From Mobula hypostoma (taxonomy: Eukaryota), in contig NC_086097.1 of the NCBI RefSeq assembly GCF_963921235.1, positions 164,550,001 through 164,614,000 on the forward strand: a DNA stretch of 64,000 nt. Direction: 5' to 3'. This document shows, piece by piece, positions 24,048 through 35,905 of this stretch. The position numbers and the translations under genes are program-made. Within the stretch, counting starts at the first letter, position 1, and every line of letters starts with the position of its first letter. Below the pieces are notes generated by a model. It saw only the letters and a list, made by a program, of their open reading frames with translations. It did no database searches and was not told the origin of the DNA.

Positions 24048-25539
24048 TACCAATAAACCAATTATGACATTAGGTCACATCAGTGGGGAGAGAACTAGTG
24101 TTAACATTTTAGGTGGAAGACCATTCATCAAAAGAAAAGACACAATGAAGACTGCAGATGCTGAATCTCTGGGGCAACACACAAAATGGAGGGAGTCACT
24201 GGGTCAGGTAGTACCTCTGGAGGGAAATGGACAGTAGATGTTCTAGGTCAAGACCAGATGAAAGGTCGCAACTCAAACCATTGACTGACTGTTACCCTCC
24301 ATAGATGCTGCCTGATCCACAGAGTCCTCCAGCATTTTGTGTGTTCCTGAGGACAGAAAAGAAGCTTGTTATGCTGTAGGGATGATGGGGGAGAGGGAAT
24401 GTCTCTGACGGGATAAAATTGGGGTGACTATTGGAATGAGCTGTATAAACTTTATCTGGTCATTGAGAAAATAGGGGCATTTAAAGAGTGAGAACAAAGA
24501 CAAAATAAGTGTGAAATGTAGAGCAGGAAGATATGTCCTGCAGGTCAGCTGAATATATTGCCCACTCACAGAAAGATGTAGGGGAAAATAAAACAAACAA
24601 GTTGAGTCAATATCACAGATAGATGACTGATACAGAAAGAGAGATCAAATTGTCTGAAATTGGACTTTTTTCACTTACTAAACAAATTAAACATGTTTAT
24701 GTATACCTATGATAAGAATTCTTACAGTATAGCTGTCCTTTTCCCTCACCCAACCAGCAGGAAAAAGCCGCTGGACATTGGAAAAATCTCCGAGACTTGC
24801 ATTCACACCTAATCCGACTTTTTCTCTGTTCATCGAGTCACCTAAACTGAGTTTTACACCTGTGTGTGTGTTCATCGTGCAGTTATCCATAGTTTGGCTC
24901 TGACCTTTGTCTGCCCTGGTCAAAACAGGATACAGGATCGTGCAGGAAATGGACACAATTCTGGTGATAAGGGCAAATTGTATTGTGAATGACTTGGTTT
25001 ATTTTATATCCACATCAAGCTTGCGAATATTTGTGGCCAACAATTTTGAAAGTTCACCTCTGGCACACCACTGATTTTCAAAAACTGGAAATTTAGGAGC
25101 TCAATCTAGGTGCTCAATTTTATCCAATTGTACTCAGAGTCTTGAAATTCATCCCTAGTGAAGCCATGTGTCTGAATTGCAAATTATTAAATAGTACTGC
25201 AGGTGGCAAAGGATGAATCAATTTTTTTCTGGAACTGATGCTTACATCTTTATTAACACAAAATAGTTATGACAGAATATCAGTCACCACATCAGAACTA
25301 TGCAAACCCCCGTGTGCCTGAGAGCTTTGACTTTTGCATTGTTCCCAATGATACTTGCTGCTCAAATAGGAAAGCACATTTCGGAAAACTGGGAGTTCAC
25401 CCTGCCCAACCAAGTGATTAAACCATAGATGGGCATTGTAGGAAAACTAATGAAGTGATTATAGACACAGATGACCTTGTTAATAACATGGAAAATACAT
25501 CAGTTGCAATGTTGGGAGAAGATATTATAATTCCTAATC

Positions 25540-26316
25540 CCCGGAGATTATTTTGGATTCTCCTTAAGTGGACCATTGGTTTCCTAGTCTGGTATTCCCA
25601 GGAGAGCTTTCAGAGATTGTATATTTAACACCCTGGTTCAGTTTTTTTACTGTTAATGCTGTTCTGTATTTGATTTTTGTGCTGTTCTCTGCAAGCTGCT
25701 TGTTTGGGTTACCATTGAAGATAAGAGATAGAATTGTGTGTCCAATTAGGATGACCGGATTAAGGGGAGAGTTCTCTGGTGAGGGACACTAAGGTTGGGC
25801 TTGGGGTTTTTGTTAAGGAGATGAAGAGAGAAGACACCAGAGAGGAGAGGTCGTAGGATTTGACTCAGAGTGGGGCTGTGATTCAATGACACCTGGGGTG
25901 AGATCAATAGACAATAGGTGTAGGAGTAGGCCATTCGGGCCTTCGAGCCAGCACCGCCATTCACTGTGATCATGGCTGATCATCCACAATCAGTACCCCA
26001 TTCCTGCCTTCTCCCCATATCCATTGACTCCACTATCTTTAAGAGCTCTATCTAACTCTTTCTTGAAAACATCCAGAGAATTGGCTTCCACTCCACAGAT
26101 CAAAGGAGGGTCAGCCAAATTAAGAATTATAAAGCTAAATCTTTTAATTATATGCAGTGTACTGTCTGTCATTTCGTGGAACTTATTTGTAACCGGGTAA
26201 CAAATCACGCAGCATCCACGCAAACGGGGGGTTTTGGGGTGGGTTTGTGCCTCCATCTCACATGGTTGATGGGGCCAGAGATCGTCTTACACAGCTGACG
26301 GAACCGGAGTGTTTCA
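25540..26316 (+). mobile_element. Probable LTR-like remnant interrupted by a short CR1 3' end (25905-26092, minus)
   Basis: The CR1 tail (CAATAGACAATAGG...GGCCATTCGG) and C-terminal peptide EANSLDVFKKELDRALKDSGVNGYGEKAG are clear. The flanking LTR call rests only on composition and a ...TTTCA end. Confidence 0.4.
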
Positions 26317-29300
26317 TGTAGATTTCAAACCCGTGATAGCAGTGAGGGACCACAACCTGCACTTAAGGACAGGAAGTCAGCACAGAGGTGGCCGGTCTCC
26401 AGGGAAGATTGATCCAGAGAGTGGGTTACAGTTTCTGATGCTGAGCTGGGTTGACGATGATATACCTGTGTAAAGGTTGCCTCTTTTTCACTCAGCACTG
26501 CTCTTGTGGCATCTTTAAATTTGTCTCTCACCAACTGAAGTTCAAATACAGAACTTTGAACTTTCAAAGTTCTGCATTCGATCTTCACTAAGGCTTCTGT
26601 TTCAAAATCTAAAGTACAGCACAAGAAAACAGAAAGTGTCAGCAGCATGATGCAATGAAATCCCTTGCTCTTGTGAAGCACACAGAATATACAGTACACA
26701 TGGTAATAATAAATACAGTGACAAGCACAAAACAGCAGAATAGTGCAGCAAAGAATGCAGTGCAGTCTGAAATAGTACAACAAGAAATGTTAAAGTGGCA
26801 AAACCAGAATTAATCACAGAAGTAGAATTAGGGCTGAGAACATCACAGCACCACCGGAGGAGGGATGTGAAAGAATGTCAAAGATAGAACAGTACAGGAC
26901 CCTCGGCCCACAATGTTGTGCTGATCTTTCAACCTACTCCAATATCAAATTAAACCTTCCCTCATACAGATGTAGCCCATAACCCTCCATTTTTCTTACA
27001 CCCATGTGCCTGTCTATGAGTCTCTTAAATGCCCCTAATATAGCAGCTTCTATCACCACCCCCTGCAATTCGCTCCAGGACCCACCACCCTCTGTGTAAA
27101 AATCCTACAATATCTCTGATCTCTCCCCTAAACTTTTCTCCACTCACTTAAAAGGATGTCCTCTGGTTTTACTCATTGCTGCCCTGGATAAAGGCACCAG
27201 CTATCCACTGCACCTATGCTTTTTATCATCTTATACACCTCTAGTAGTTGGTTTAGAAGTTTGACAGTAGTGGGGAAGAAGTTGATCTTGAATTTGGTGG
27301 TCTGGGCTTTCAAGCTCCTGTATCTTTTCCTAGAAGGAAGACGAGAGAATAGAGAATGGTCAAGGTGGCAGGCATCATTGATTATACTATGGTATTAGCC
27401 TCCCTGAAGCAACACACCATGAAGGTGAACTGGATGGAAGGAAGTGAGGACCTGTGGTGGACTGGGCCGTGTTTACTACTCTCTGTCCAGAGGAGAGCAA
27501 TTGACACATCATTGATTATCAGCAAGTTGTGGCTCACAATTAATTTCAAGTCAGATACCAGTATTACCTCAATTTTGACCCATCATTTTATTATTGCTGG
27601 TTAAAAGAGAAGTCTGAATTTTATCAGCATTAATAATTAGTGGAATTTTATCATTGCTATTGACTTCTGGTAGAATTCAATTTATACCAGTTATTTGCTT
27701 TACTGTTAAGAATCACTAGCCCAAGTTTGATTTCCTCTCTCCTCACCGCCTACTCTCCTTACCTTTTATCTCCTCTTCTCTTTGCCTTGGCTTGCCCATT
27801 GTTCACAAATGTACTTCTGGTAATTGGCACTCCTCAACTATAATGTCCCAACCTTTGCAAAGTAAACTCAAGGGTCCTTGTGAATTCCATAGGACTGGAA
27901 GTCATGTTTTCAGATAACAGATTATCAGACACCGCATGCTGTGTACAGCATGTGACTTAAAATCCTGAAGCCACAGACAGGCCCCTTGACCCGCCAAGTC
28001 TATACTGACGATCAGCCACCCATTAACAAGTTCAAGTGATTTGTAAGATCACGAGAGGCATAGTTGATGTGAATAGACAAAGTCTTTACCCCAAGGTAGT
28101 AGAGTCCAAAATTAGAGGGATAGGTTTAAAGTTAAAGGAAAAAGTTTTAAGACAAGGTAACTCTTCACATAGAGAGAGATGAGTATATGGAACAAGCCAG
28201 AGAAGTGGAAGAGACAGGACAATTATGATTTTAGTTGGCATTTGGATTGGAAAGGTTTAGAGGGATATGGGCCAAAGACAGGGAAGTGGGACTGACTCAG
28301 TTGAACAACTTGGTCAGCACAGACAAGTGGGTATCTTGGTTGGACTAGATCAGTTGGGCCAAAGGGATGTTTTCCCTCTGTATAACTTTGACTTTATAAG
28401 CAATGTTATGCCTAGCCAGGAAACATCTATAATCACTCATTATCTGCCATTCCAGTACGATGCATTATCTGAAGTAAAAGACAAAACATAATGAATGACT
28501 CTTAAGAAACTAGCCTTATAAGTGTCCCTGCTTTGGCATTGTGACCACAGCTTCCACCATAGCTTTTTCAGTCAATAACAGCACTTTATCAGCTGCTGCA
28601 TCATTGCATTTTGCTCTCCCAAGCCAAGTTTGCTACGGGAAACGTTTACTTGGCAGTTTATTCAAAGAATAGAACAGTACTCCAAAATTTTCAAGCCCAT
28701 TGCTACTGGTGTCACCTCATCAAGTGGAGTGAACAACTCCAGTTTTGCTGTGATTCCAAACCTGGCTCGATGTCTTGCAACCAAACATCAAGCTGCTGGC
28801 AAGTCAAGCAATATTACGTTAATAGATATTCAACATTTAAAGATTATTTGTTCATTTTCAAGTGTTTCTTGATGTACACATGTTAAGCAGAGTTTCCAAA
28901 GTACATACAGTATGGTTTCTTTATACTGGACAGGGACCTAAAAGGGTGTGATTTTTCTGTCCAGTTTCACATCCATAGCTTGAGTACATACAGGAGCTGC
29001 AAAAGGGAATTAAACTTGGTGTGTTAAACCCAACTTTTTGTATGAAGATACGTGTAAGCAGAGTCAGATTTTGGCAGCCCCAGTGATGGGACTTCAATCC
29101 TAACCTCAAGGGTTCTGTGAGGAATTTGCAGGTTCTCCCTGAGGCTACATGGCTTCCCTCTGGGTATTCAGGTTTTTTCCCACAGTTCAAAGGATGATGG
29201 GTTAATATTAATTGCTCAGATGGGAATGTGGATAGAAAAGGTACATGTAAGATTAGTGGATAAATGGAATTACTCTGTACCCAGCATAAGATTGGATGGG

Positions 29301-29938
29301 CTGGAATAACCTCCTATGTTGCATGAAAATTCAGAAACCACAGCAGAAATTAACCTTAAGTGGGATCTGACCAAAATAAATTGAAAATTCTTCCAGCAAA
29401 CTTATTGAATTACTGGGTCATCTCAACATTTAACGGGGTCTGAATTTGATCTCCATTTTAAAGTCTGGGAAGTTTTTGAAGTATCTGGTTTAGTTGAGAT
29501 CAGTGCAGAGAAAACATGGAAAACTGATGGAAAATTAAGTTTTTTCTACAAGCCTGGAAAAGCTGATCTCATCACTAGAGTTTCCGACTCTGGCTTGGTA
29601 TATTCCTGAAAGCTGGGATTTATGATCTCTGCCCTTTAACTACCTCACCAGCCCATTTGCACCTTAGTTTGTCTCAGTAAATTGACTTCCTACATTGAAA
29701 TGTGAATGTAAATGTAGGATTGTGTATTCTCAGGGACATAGGGACCATCAAGCACCCATTCTGCTCAAATCCTGTTTTATTCTCCCCATATTCCCAATGG
29801 ACCCCCTTAGACTCAACTACTTTTTAGGGATAATTGACCTAAAACCCCTTATGTAATTGGAATATGGGGAAGGGGGGTCCCTAGCATTGAGGATAACTTC
29901 AAAAGCCGATGCTTCAAGAAAGCAACATCCATATTTAA

Positions 29939-30606
29939 GCAACACACATCAAAGTTGCTGGTGAACGCAGCAGGTCAGGCAGCATCTCTAGGAAGAGGTA
30001 CAGTCGACGTTTCGGGCGAGACCCTTTGTCAGGACCAACTGAATGAAGATATGTGAATGTAAGAGATTTGAAAGTGGGAGGGGGAGGGGGAGGTCCAAAA
30101 TGATAGGAGGAGGAGGAGGGATGGAGCCAAGAGCTGGACAGGTGATTGGCAAAAGGGATATGAGAGGATCATGGGACAGGAGGCCCAGGGAGAAGGAAAA
30201 GTGGGGGGGGGGAACCCAGAGGATGGGCGAGGGGTATAGTCAGAGGCACTGATGGAGAACGAGGAGAGAGAGAGAGAAAGAATGCGTGTATATAAACAAA
30301 TAACGGATGGGTTACGAGGGGAGGTGGGGCATTAGCGGAAGTTGAGAAGTCAATATTCATGCCATCAGGTTGGAGGCTACCCAGACGGAATATAAGGTGT
30401 TGTTCCTCCAACCTGAGTGTGGCTTCATCTATACAGTGGAGGAGGCCGTGGATAGACATATCAGAATGGGAATGGGATGTGGAATTAAAATGTGTGGCCA
30501 CTGGGAGATCCTGCTTTCTCTGGCGGACAGAGCGTAGGTGTTCAGCAAAACGATCTCCCAGTCTGCGTCGGGTCTCACCGATATATAAAAGGCCACATCG
30601 GGAGCA
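29939..30606 (-). mobile_element. Penelope-like element 3' fragment (GIY-YIG endonuclease C-terminus plus terminal repeat)
   Basis: Minus-strand translation CSRCGLLYIGETRRRLGDRFAEHLRSV...VATHFNSTSHSHSDMSIHGLLHC...LEEQHLIFRLGSLQPDGMNIDFS. Hammerhead-like motif at 30002-30035 with a mutated core (CTGACAA). Confidence 0.9.
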
Positions 30607-30619
30607 TCAGACATCGTTT

Positions 30620-31221
30620 TGCTGAGGCGCATACTAGGATTTTAGAGTGACATATGTTGCCATCAAGGCGACATCTCTTCCCGGGACGTCCATGCTTATT
30701 TCAGCAGGACAATGCCAGACTACGTTCTGCACGGGCTACAACAGCATGGCTTTGTAGACACAGAGTGCGTGTGCTTGACTGGTCTGCTGCCAGTCCAGAT
30801 CTATCCCCCATTGAAAATGTATGGCGCATCATGAAGAGGAGAATCAGACAACGGAGACCACGGACTGTTGAGCAGCTGAAGTCTTATATCAAGCAAGAAT
30901 GGACAAAATTTCCAGTTGCAAATCTACTACAATTAGTATCCTCAGTTCCAAAACGATTAAAAAGTGTTATTAAAAGGAAAGGTGATGTAACACAATGGTA
31001 AACATGCCTCTGTCCCAACTTTTGTTGAGTGTGTTGCAGCCATCAGATTCTAAGTTTGTGTATGTTTACAAAATACAATTAAGTTGGTCAGTAAAACTAT
31101 TGAAAAACTTTTCTTTGTACTTTTGTCAGTTAAATAAAGGTTCACGTAAATTAACATATCACAAATTTTTGTTTTTATTGCATTTTGGAAAATATCCCAA
31201 CTTTTCTGGAAATGGGGTTTG
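30620..31221 (+). mobile_element. Tc1-family DNA transposon, 3' half (DD34E transposase C-terminus and right TIR)
   Basis: ORF 30654..31001 contains FQQDNA...W..SPDLSPIENVW with 34 residues between D and E. The element ends TCCCAACTTTTCTGGAAATGGGGTTTG, followed by TA (31222-31223). Confidence 0.9.
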
Positions 31222-32149
31222 TATATTAACTAGTGATATATATATATATATATAAAATAGTTAAGTTAAAATTAGTATAAAATAACAAATAAAAAGTAGT
31301 GAGGTAGTGTTCATGGGTTCAATGTCCATTTAGAAATTGGACAGCAGAGGGGAAGAACCTCTCCTGATCCCTCTAAGAGAATTTTTAAATTTATTTTTGT
31401 TTATTTATTTATTATTACTATTTCTTCTGTTTGTACTTACAGAGTTTGTTGTGTTCTGCATTCAGGTTGAACACCCTAGTTGGGCAGTCTTCCATTGCTT
31501 CTGTTATGGATATTGTTCTATAGACATTGAGTATGCCAACAATAAAAGGACTCTCAGGCTTGTATATGGTGACATTTTTTTTGATAATAAAGTTTACTTT
31601 GAACCTTATTTATGCCACTCATAGATTTTCTGTAATCTGCCCGAGGTCACCCCCTCAGTATCCTTTAATGCAGGCGAAAAGATCCCTGCCCATCCAGACT
31701 CTCTTTACAACTCAACCCTCCAATCCTGATAAATCATGTCTGCACCTTTTCCAGTTTAAAAACGTCCTTCATACAGCGAGACGACCAGAAATGCACAATA
31801 CTCTAAGTGTAGTCTTGTACAGAACACCTCCCAACTCCTGTATTCAATGCCCCAGTCCATGTCTGCTTGCAACCAATACGGAATAAATAAAATAACAGAA
31901 ACACGAGAAACTGCAGGTGCAGGGAACCTGGAGCAAAGTAACAATCTGTTTGAGGAAATAGTGACTCGAAAAGCATCTATGAGAGAAAAGGAGGTGTCAA
32001 CATTTCGGGTCGAGACCATGTATCAGGACCCCTTATCCAATACAACACTCCCCGTTTCCCTTTAATAAATCGGTCCATTTCGCAAACAGAGATATATATT
32101 CAATTCCACTAGAAGTGTTAGGCACTTATTCCATGTTTACACGTAATCA

Positions 32150-32671
32150 CACCACAACCTGCCGACCGCGACTGCAACCACCACAGATCCTGTCTTCGAA
32201 GGGGGGGGGGGAGAGATCGGGCCGAAGAAATGCGCATGCGTCCAGGGACTGGCGTCAGGCGAGGTTGCAGCTTGTTTTTTTCCTTCTTTCAATCAATCAG
32301 GCCGCGGGGGGGGGGGGGTGAAGAAAGCGAGCTGTAGGGAGATCAGAGAGACTGAGGCACTGGCAATGGGAGCAACATAACCCGGTAGCACAGGATAGGA
32401 AGCTGAGAGAATACCCATCACGCCGCCGATTGAGGATTTTAAAAAAAGGGGAGGGGGCGAAATGGTTATCATCTTCTGCTTTGACCAGCGTGCGCTGGGC
32501 TCCGTGTGAATCCGATTTGGGAGACTGCTTGGAGGAGCAAACACACACTCAGGGGAAAGCAGCAGCACGGTATCAAGAGAGGAGTGATGCACACACACAA
32601 AGGGAGAGCGGGGCTGTTCTTGTGTGTTGCAAGGCAGAGGTGGCTGGCGACCAGGCTGCATCGCCGCAGGC
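32150..32671 (+). promoter_or_regulatory. CpG-island promoter / 5' UTR of MTCL1
   Basis: CpG density rises sharply from ~32150 through exon 1 and remains elevated to ~34550. NRF1-type TGCGCATGCG at 32231-32240, half-CRE CGTCA at 32253-32257, and G-runs at 32201-32210 and 32306-32318. The TSS cannot be determined from sequence. Confidence 0.75.
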
Positions 32672-33562
32672 ATGGAGACTGTGAACGGGAGCGCTGAGAT
32701 CAAGCAGCAGTACGTGGAGAAGAAGCGGTTGAATCGAGCTCCCTCTCCCGCCAGACCCCTGAAGGACCTGCACTGCCGAGCTGGAGCCAAACCCTCGCTA
32801 AACCCTTGCAAGCCCGGGATCCTGCCTTCCTCGCCAGGCTCCCTCTCCAAACAGCAGCAGCAGCAACAGGTCGCCGGGGTGCTGGCTCCCCAGAGCAGAC
32901 CATCCCGCAGGAGCAACGCTCCGGGCTCCAAGGACAAAGCGTCGGTGCCCAAAAGCGGCGTGTCCGGGGCCAAAACTTCACTGACGGTGAGTCACTTCGC
33001 CAAGAGAGCTTCTTCCAAAGCCCACCACGAGAAAGGGAGCAAGCAGCAACAGCCCGGACACGGTGCGGATCATCAGCACAAGGTCCAAGGGAGGAGGGTG
33101 AAGAAATGCTTGGTAGCCGAGCCCGGAGCGACCGCCTTGCTGCCGGGCAGCCTGGCGTTGGCGCTGACCAAACCCAGCCACACCGACAGCAGCTCGGACC
33201 TATCGGACTGCGCCTCCGAGCCCCTGTCGGACGAGCAGCGGCTGCAAGCGCCGGAGGCGGCCAGCACCAGCGACGCCGAGTCCTGTGCCGGTTCCAGCGA
33301 TGCCGAGAGTGGGAAGAAAGGCAAACCGGCGGCTGGAGCACCCAACCTCGGCCGGGAACAGCAACAGCAGCGCAGCTCACCGGTCAAAGGAGTACCAGGA
33401 GGCGAGGGGTTGAAGGCTGGCTCTTCGGCGAACGGTGGGCAGGGCGCCAGAGCCGGCAAAGCCCGGAACCCATCCGAGGTATCACCGAGCGGGGGCGGCG
33501 CGCTGGAGGTGGAGCTGCTGAGAGAGATCGAGGAAGTCCGTTCCGAAAATGATTACCTCAAG
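32672..33562 (+). CDS. MTCL1: Microtubule cross-linking factor 1 (SOGA2), coding exon 1 (297 codons)
   Basis: ATG in strong Kozak context (GGCATGG). METVNG..., RLNRAPSPARP-LKDLH, SHTDSSSDLSDCASEPLSDEQRL, SDAES and ELLREIEEVRSENDYLK match the human MTCL1 N-terminus as I recall it. Donor AAG/GTGAGC at 33563, phase 0. Confidence 0.93.
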
Positions 33563-35419
33563 GTGAGCCTTAAGACTTGTCACCGTCCCTTCCCCGAACT
33601 TCATTTCTCACTCCCACTCATCACCCCTCCACCCCTACTTGTGTCCTTGAAATCCCGACAAAGGCCGCCCTCAGTCATCATCCAAATCCACCGATTTCTG
33701 ACCATTGTAGTTAAATCTGATGACATCTCTATCAATAATATCTGACCAGTTTGGCTCAAGGTTATTACATTCCTGTCATAGTATCTGTCAATTTGACCAA
33801 ATTTAATACATCTGTCTCTAAAATGCCTGAGCAATTCTGACCACATTTGTTTCATTGAATATCGCAGAGTCTCCTCAATATCATTATCACATTCGGGATA
33901 TTTGTATCATCAATAATCTTGTCCCAATTTAATTAACTAGTCCGCTATCTTGTATCAGTGGCGTTTTGTTTTAAAAAGACGGACAAACAAATATTCGGTG
34001 GTGATTTGTTAGCGAGCTCATTTTGCGATACGGCGGTGTGTAGTCTGAACCCCCTTTCCCCCTTCGTCGCTCTGTGAATACTGTCTGCCTGTGTATTTCT
34101 AACGTGGCGAGATCTGGTTTCAGACAGTCCGTTCGTCTTGTCACTTTCCACAGATTTGAAACTGACCAACGGGCGGTGATTGCCGGAGGTGGGACTGAAT
34201 GGGGGGGGGGGACGTTGAGTGTGTCAGGGAGCTCTGGTTGGATAGTGGGACCGTTTAATTTTGATGCTGACGCTGCCTTCCAGATGGACATTTAAGCGCG
34301 TTTTTTAAATAATATGCCAGTTGGATTTAGTTTTATCTAATGGGAATTTTTTTTTTTGAAAATTGGAATCAACCACTCACACACCGCTAACCGAGGCAAA
34401 CTGGCGTGTGCACTCTGACTTTGATGCTTGATAGAAATAACCCTTTGTGCACAAACTGAAGTTCCAGGAATCATGAAAGGGGTTAGATAAATAACGGAGA
34501 GCCTTGTGTTAATAGAGAGTAACTTCTGGCGCCGTTAGACTCAGCGCCTTCATGGTTGCAAATTATTTCCGTCATTAGATTTGCTCAAACGGTACTTTGC
34601 TCAACGACGAACTGTTTATATCTATTGAGACTGCTGGATTTGCATGACAGATCTAAACCAAATTTTATGTTAATTTTGTTAATTTATGCCAATTTAGTAT
34701 TTCCTCGTCTTGTAATGCACTATGCTTCTGTTGTAAAAGCGCGGTATTTTGTGGCATTTATGCCCTGTGTATGTATGTCTATGACAACAATAAACTTGAC
34801 CACAGAAGTGTCTTCAAAGCCTAACCTTTAACGTGGCAAGGTGAATTTGCTATTCCACATTTCTGGCACTGTTATTGATGTCTGTTAGGGAAGTTGGGTG
34901 AGAAGTGGCAAATGGATTTCAAAAGAGATAAGTGTGAATTTAGAAAGTCATACCTGCATAGGACTTGTAAGGCAATATGGTAAGGCAATAGAGAATGCAA
35001 TGGAACAGAGAGAGCTTGGAGTACAGATGCATAGTTCATTGAAAGGGGCACCACAGGTAGACAGGATGGTGAAAAAGGCATTCAGTACATTGGCTTTTCT
35101 CTGCCAGTGAGTTTAGGAATTGGAACATTATTATGTTGCAGCTGTATGTCATTGGTGAGGCCACATGTGGATTAATGAGTACAGTCTTGGTCATGCTATT
35201 AATATGAAAGACATGGTTACATTTGGAAAGAGTGCAGAAAATTAGTATTTAAGAAGCACTTGGAGAGGTGGAGTTTAGAGGGAAATGGGACTACCTGGGC
35301 AGACAGCATGGTCAGTATGGACTGATTGGGCCAAAGGGCCTGTATCCATCCGATGTTGCTTTATGATTCCATTGCAAGAGTGATAGGTCAGCATATTGTT
35401 ATAGAGCAACACAGCAGTG

Positions 35420-35905
35420 AAACATAAGACTGTAGGCCATAGGAGCAAAACTAGACCATTTGGGCCTTTTGAGTCTGCTCCGCCATTTGATCATGGCTGA
35501 TCCTTTTTTCTCCCCCTCCTTAGCCCCACTCCCCAACCTTCTCCCTATAACCTTTGATGCCATGGCCAATCAAGAACCTATCCATCTCTACCTTAAATAC
35601 ACCCAGCAACCTGGCCTCCACAGCTGCCTGTGGCAATGAATTCCACAAATTCACCACCCTCTGGCTACCTCTTGTCCTAGACTCTCCCACCATGGGAATC
35701 ATCCTTTCGGCATCTACTCTGTATAGGCCTTTCAACATTCAAAAGGTTTCAGTGAGATTCGCCCCTCATCCTTCTAAATTCCAGCAAGTACGGGCCCAGA
35801 GCCATCAAACTTTCCTCGTATGATAACCCTTTAATTCCTGTAATCATCTTTGTGAACCTTCTCTGAGCACTCTCCAATGCCAGCACATCTTTTCTTACGT
35901 ATGGC
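35420..35905 (-). mobile_element. CR1 3' fragment (a second decayed CR1 fragment lies on + at ~34890-35370)
   Basis: ORF 35520..35738 (MLKGLYRVDAERM...QRVVNLWNSLPQAAVEA) and a CR1 3' UTR. Confidence 0.85.

Noticed and set aside
3100..32100. Exons of an upstream neighbour gene (RAB12 in human synteny)
   Set aside because: No Rab GTPase motifs or other host-protein similarity in the ORF track or by manual reading.
32293..33552. Long alternative-frame and antisense ORFs over MTCL1 exon 1 (226, 226 and 248 aa)
   Set aside because: Expected in GC-rich coding DNA, with no recognisable domains. The 373-aa ORF also overruns the real donor at 33563 and starts at a TTG upstream of the true ATG.
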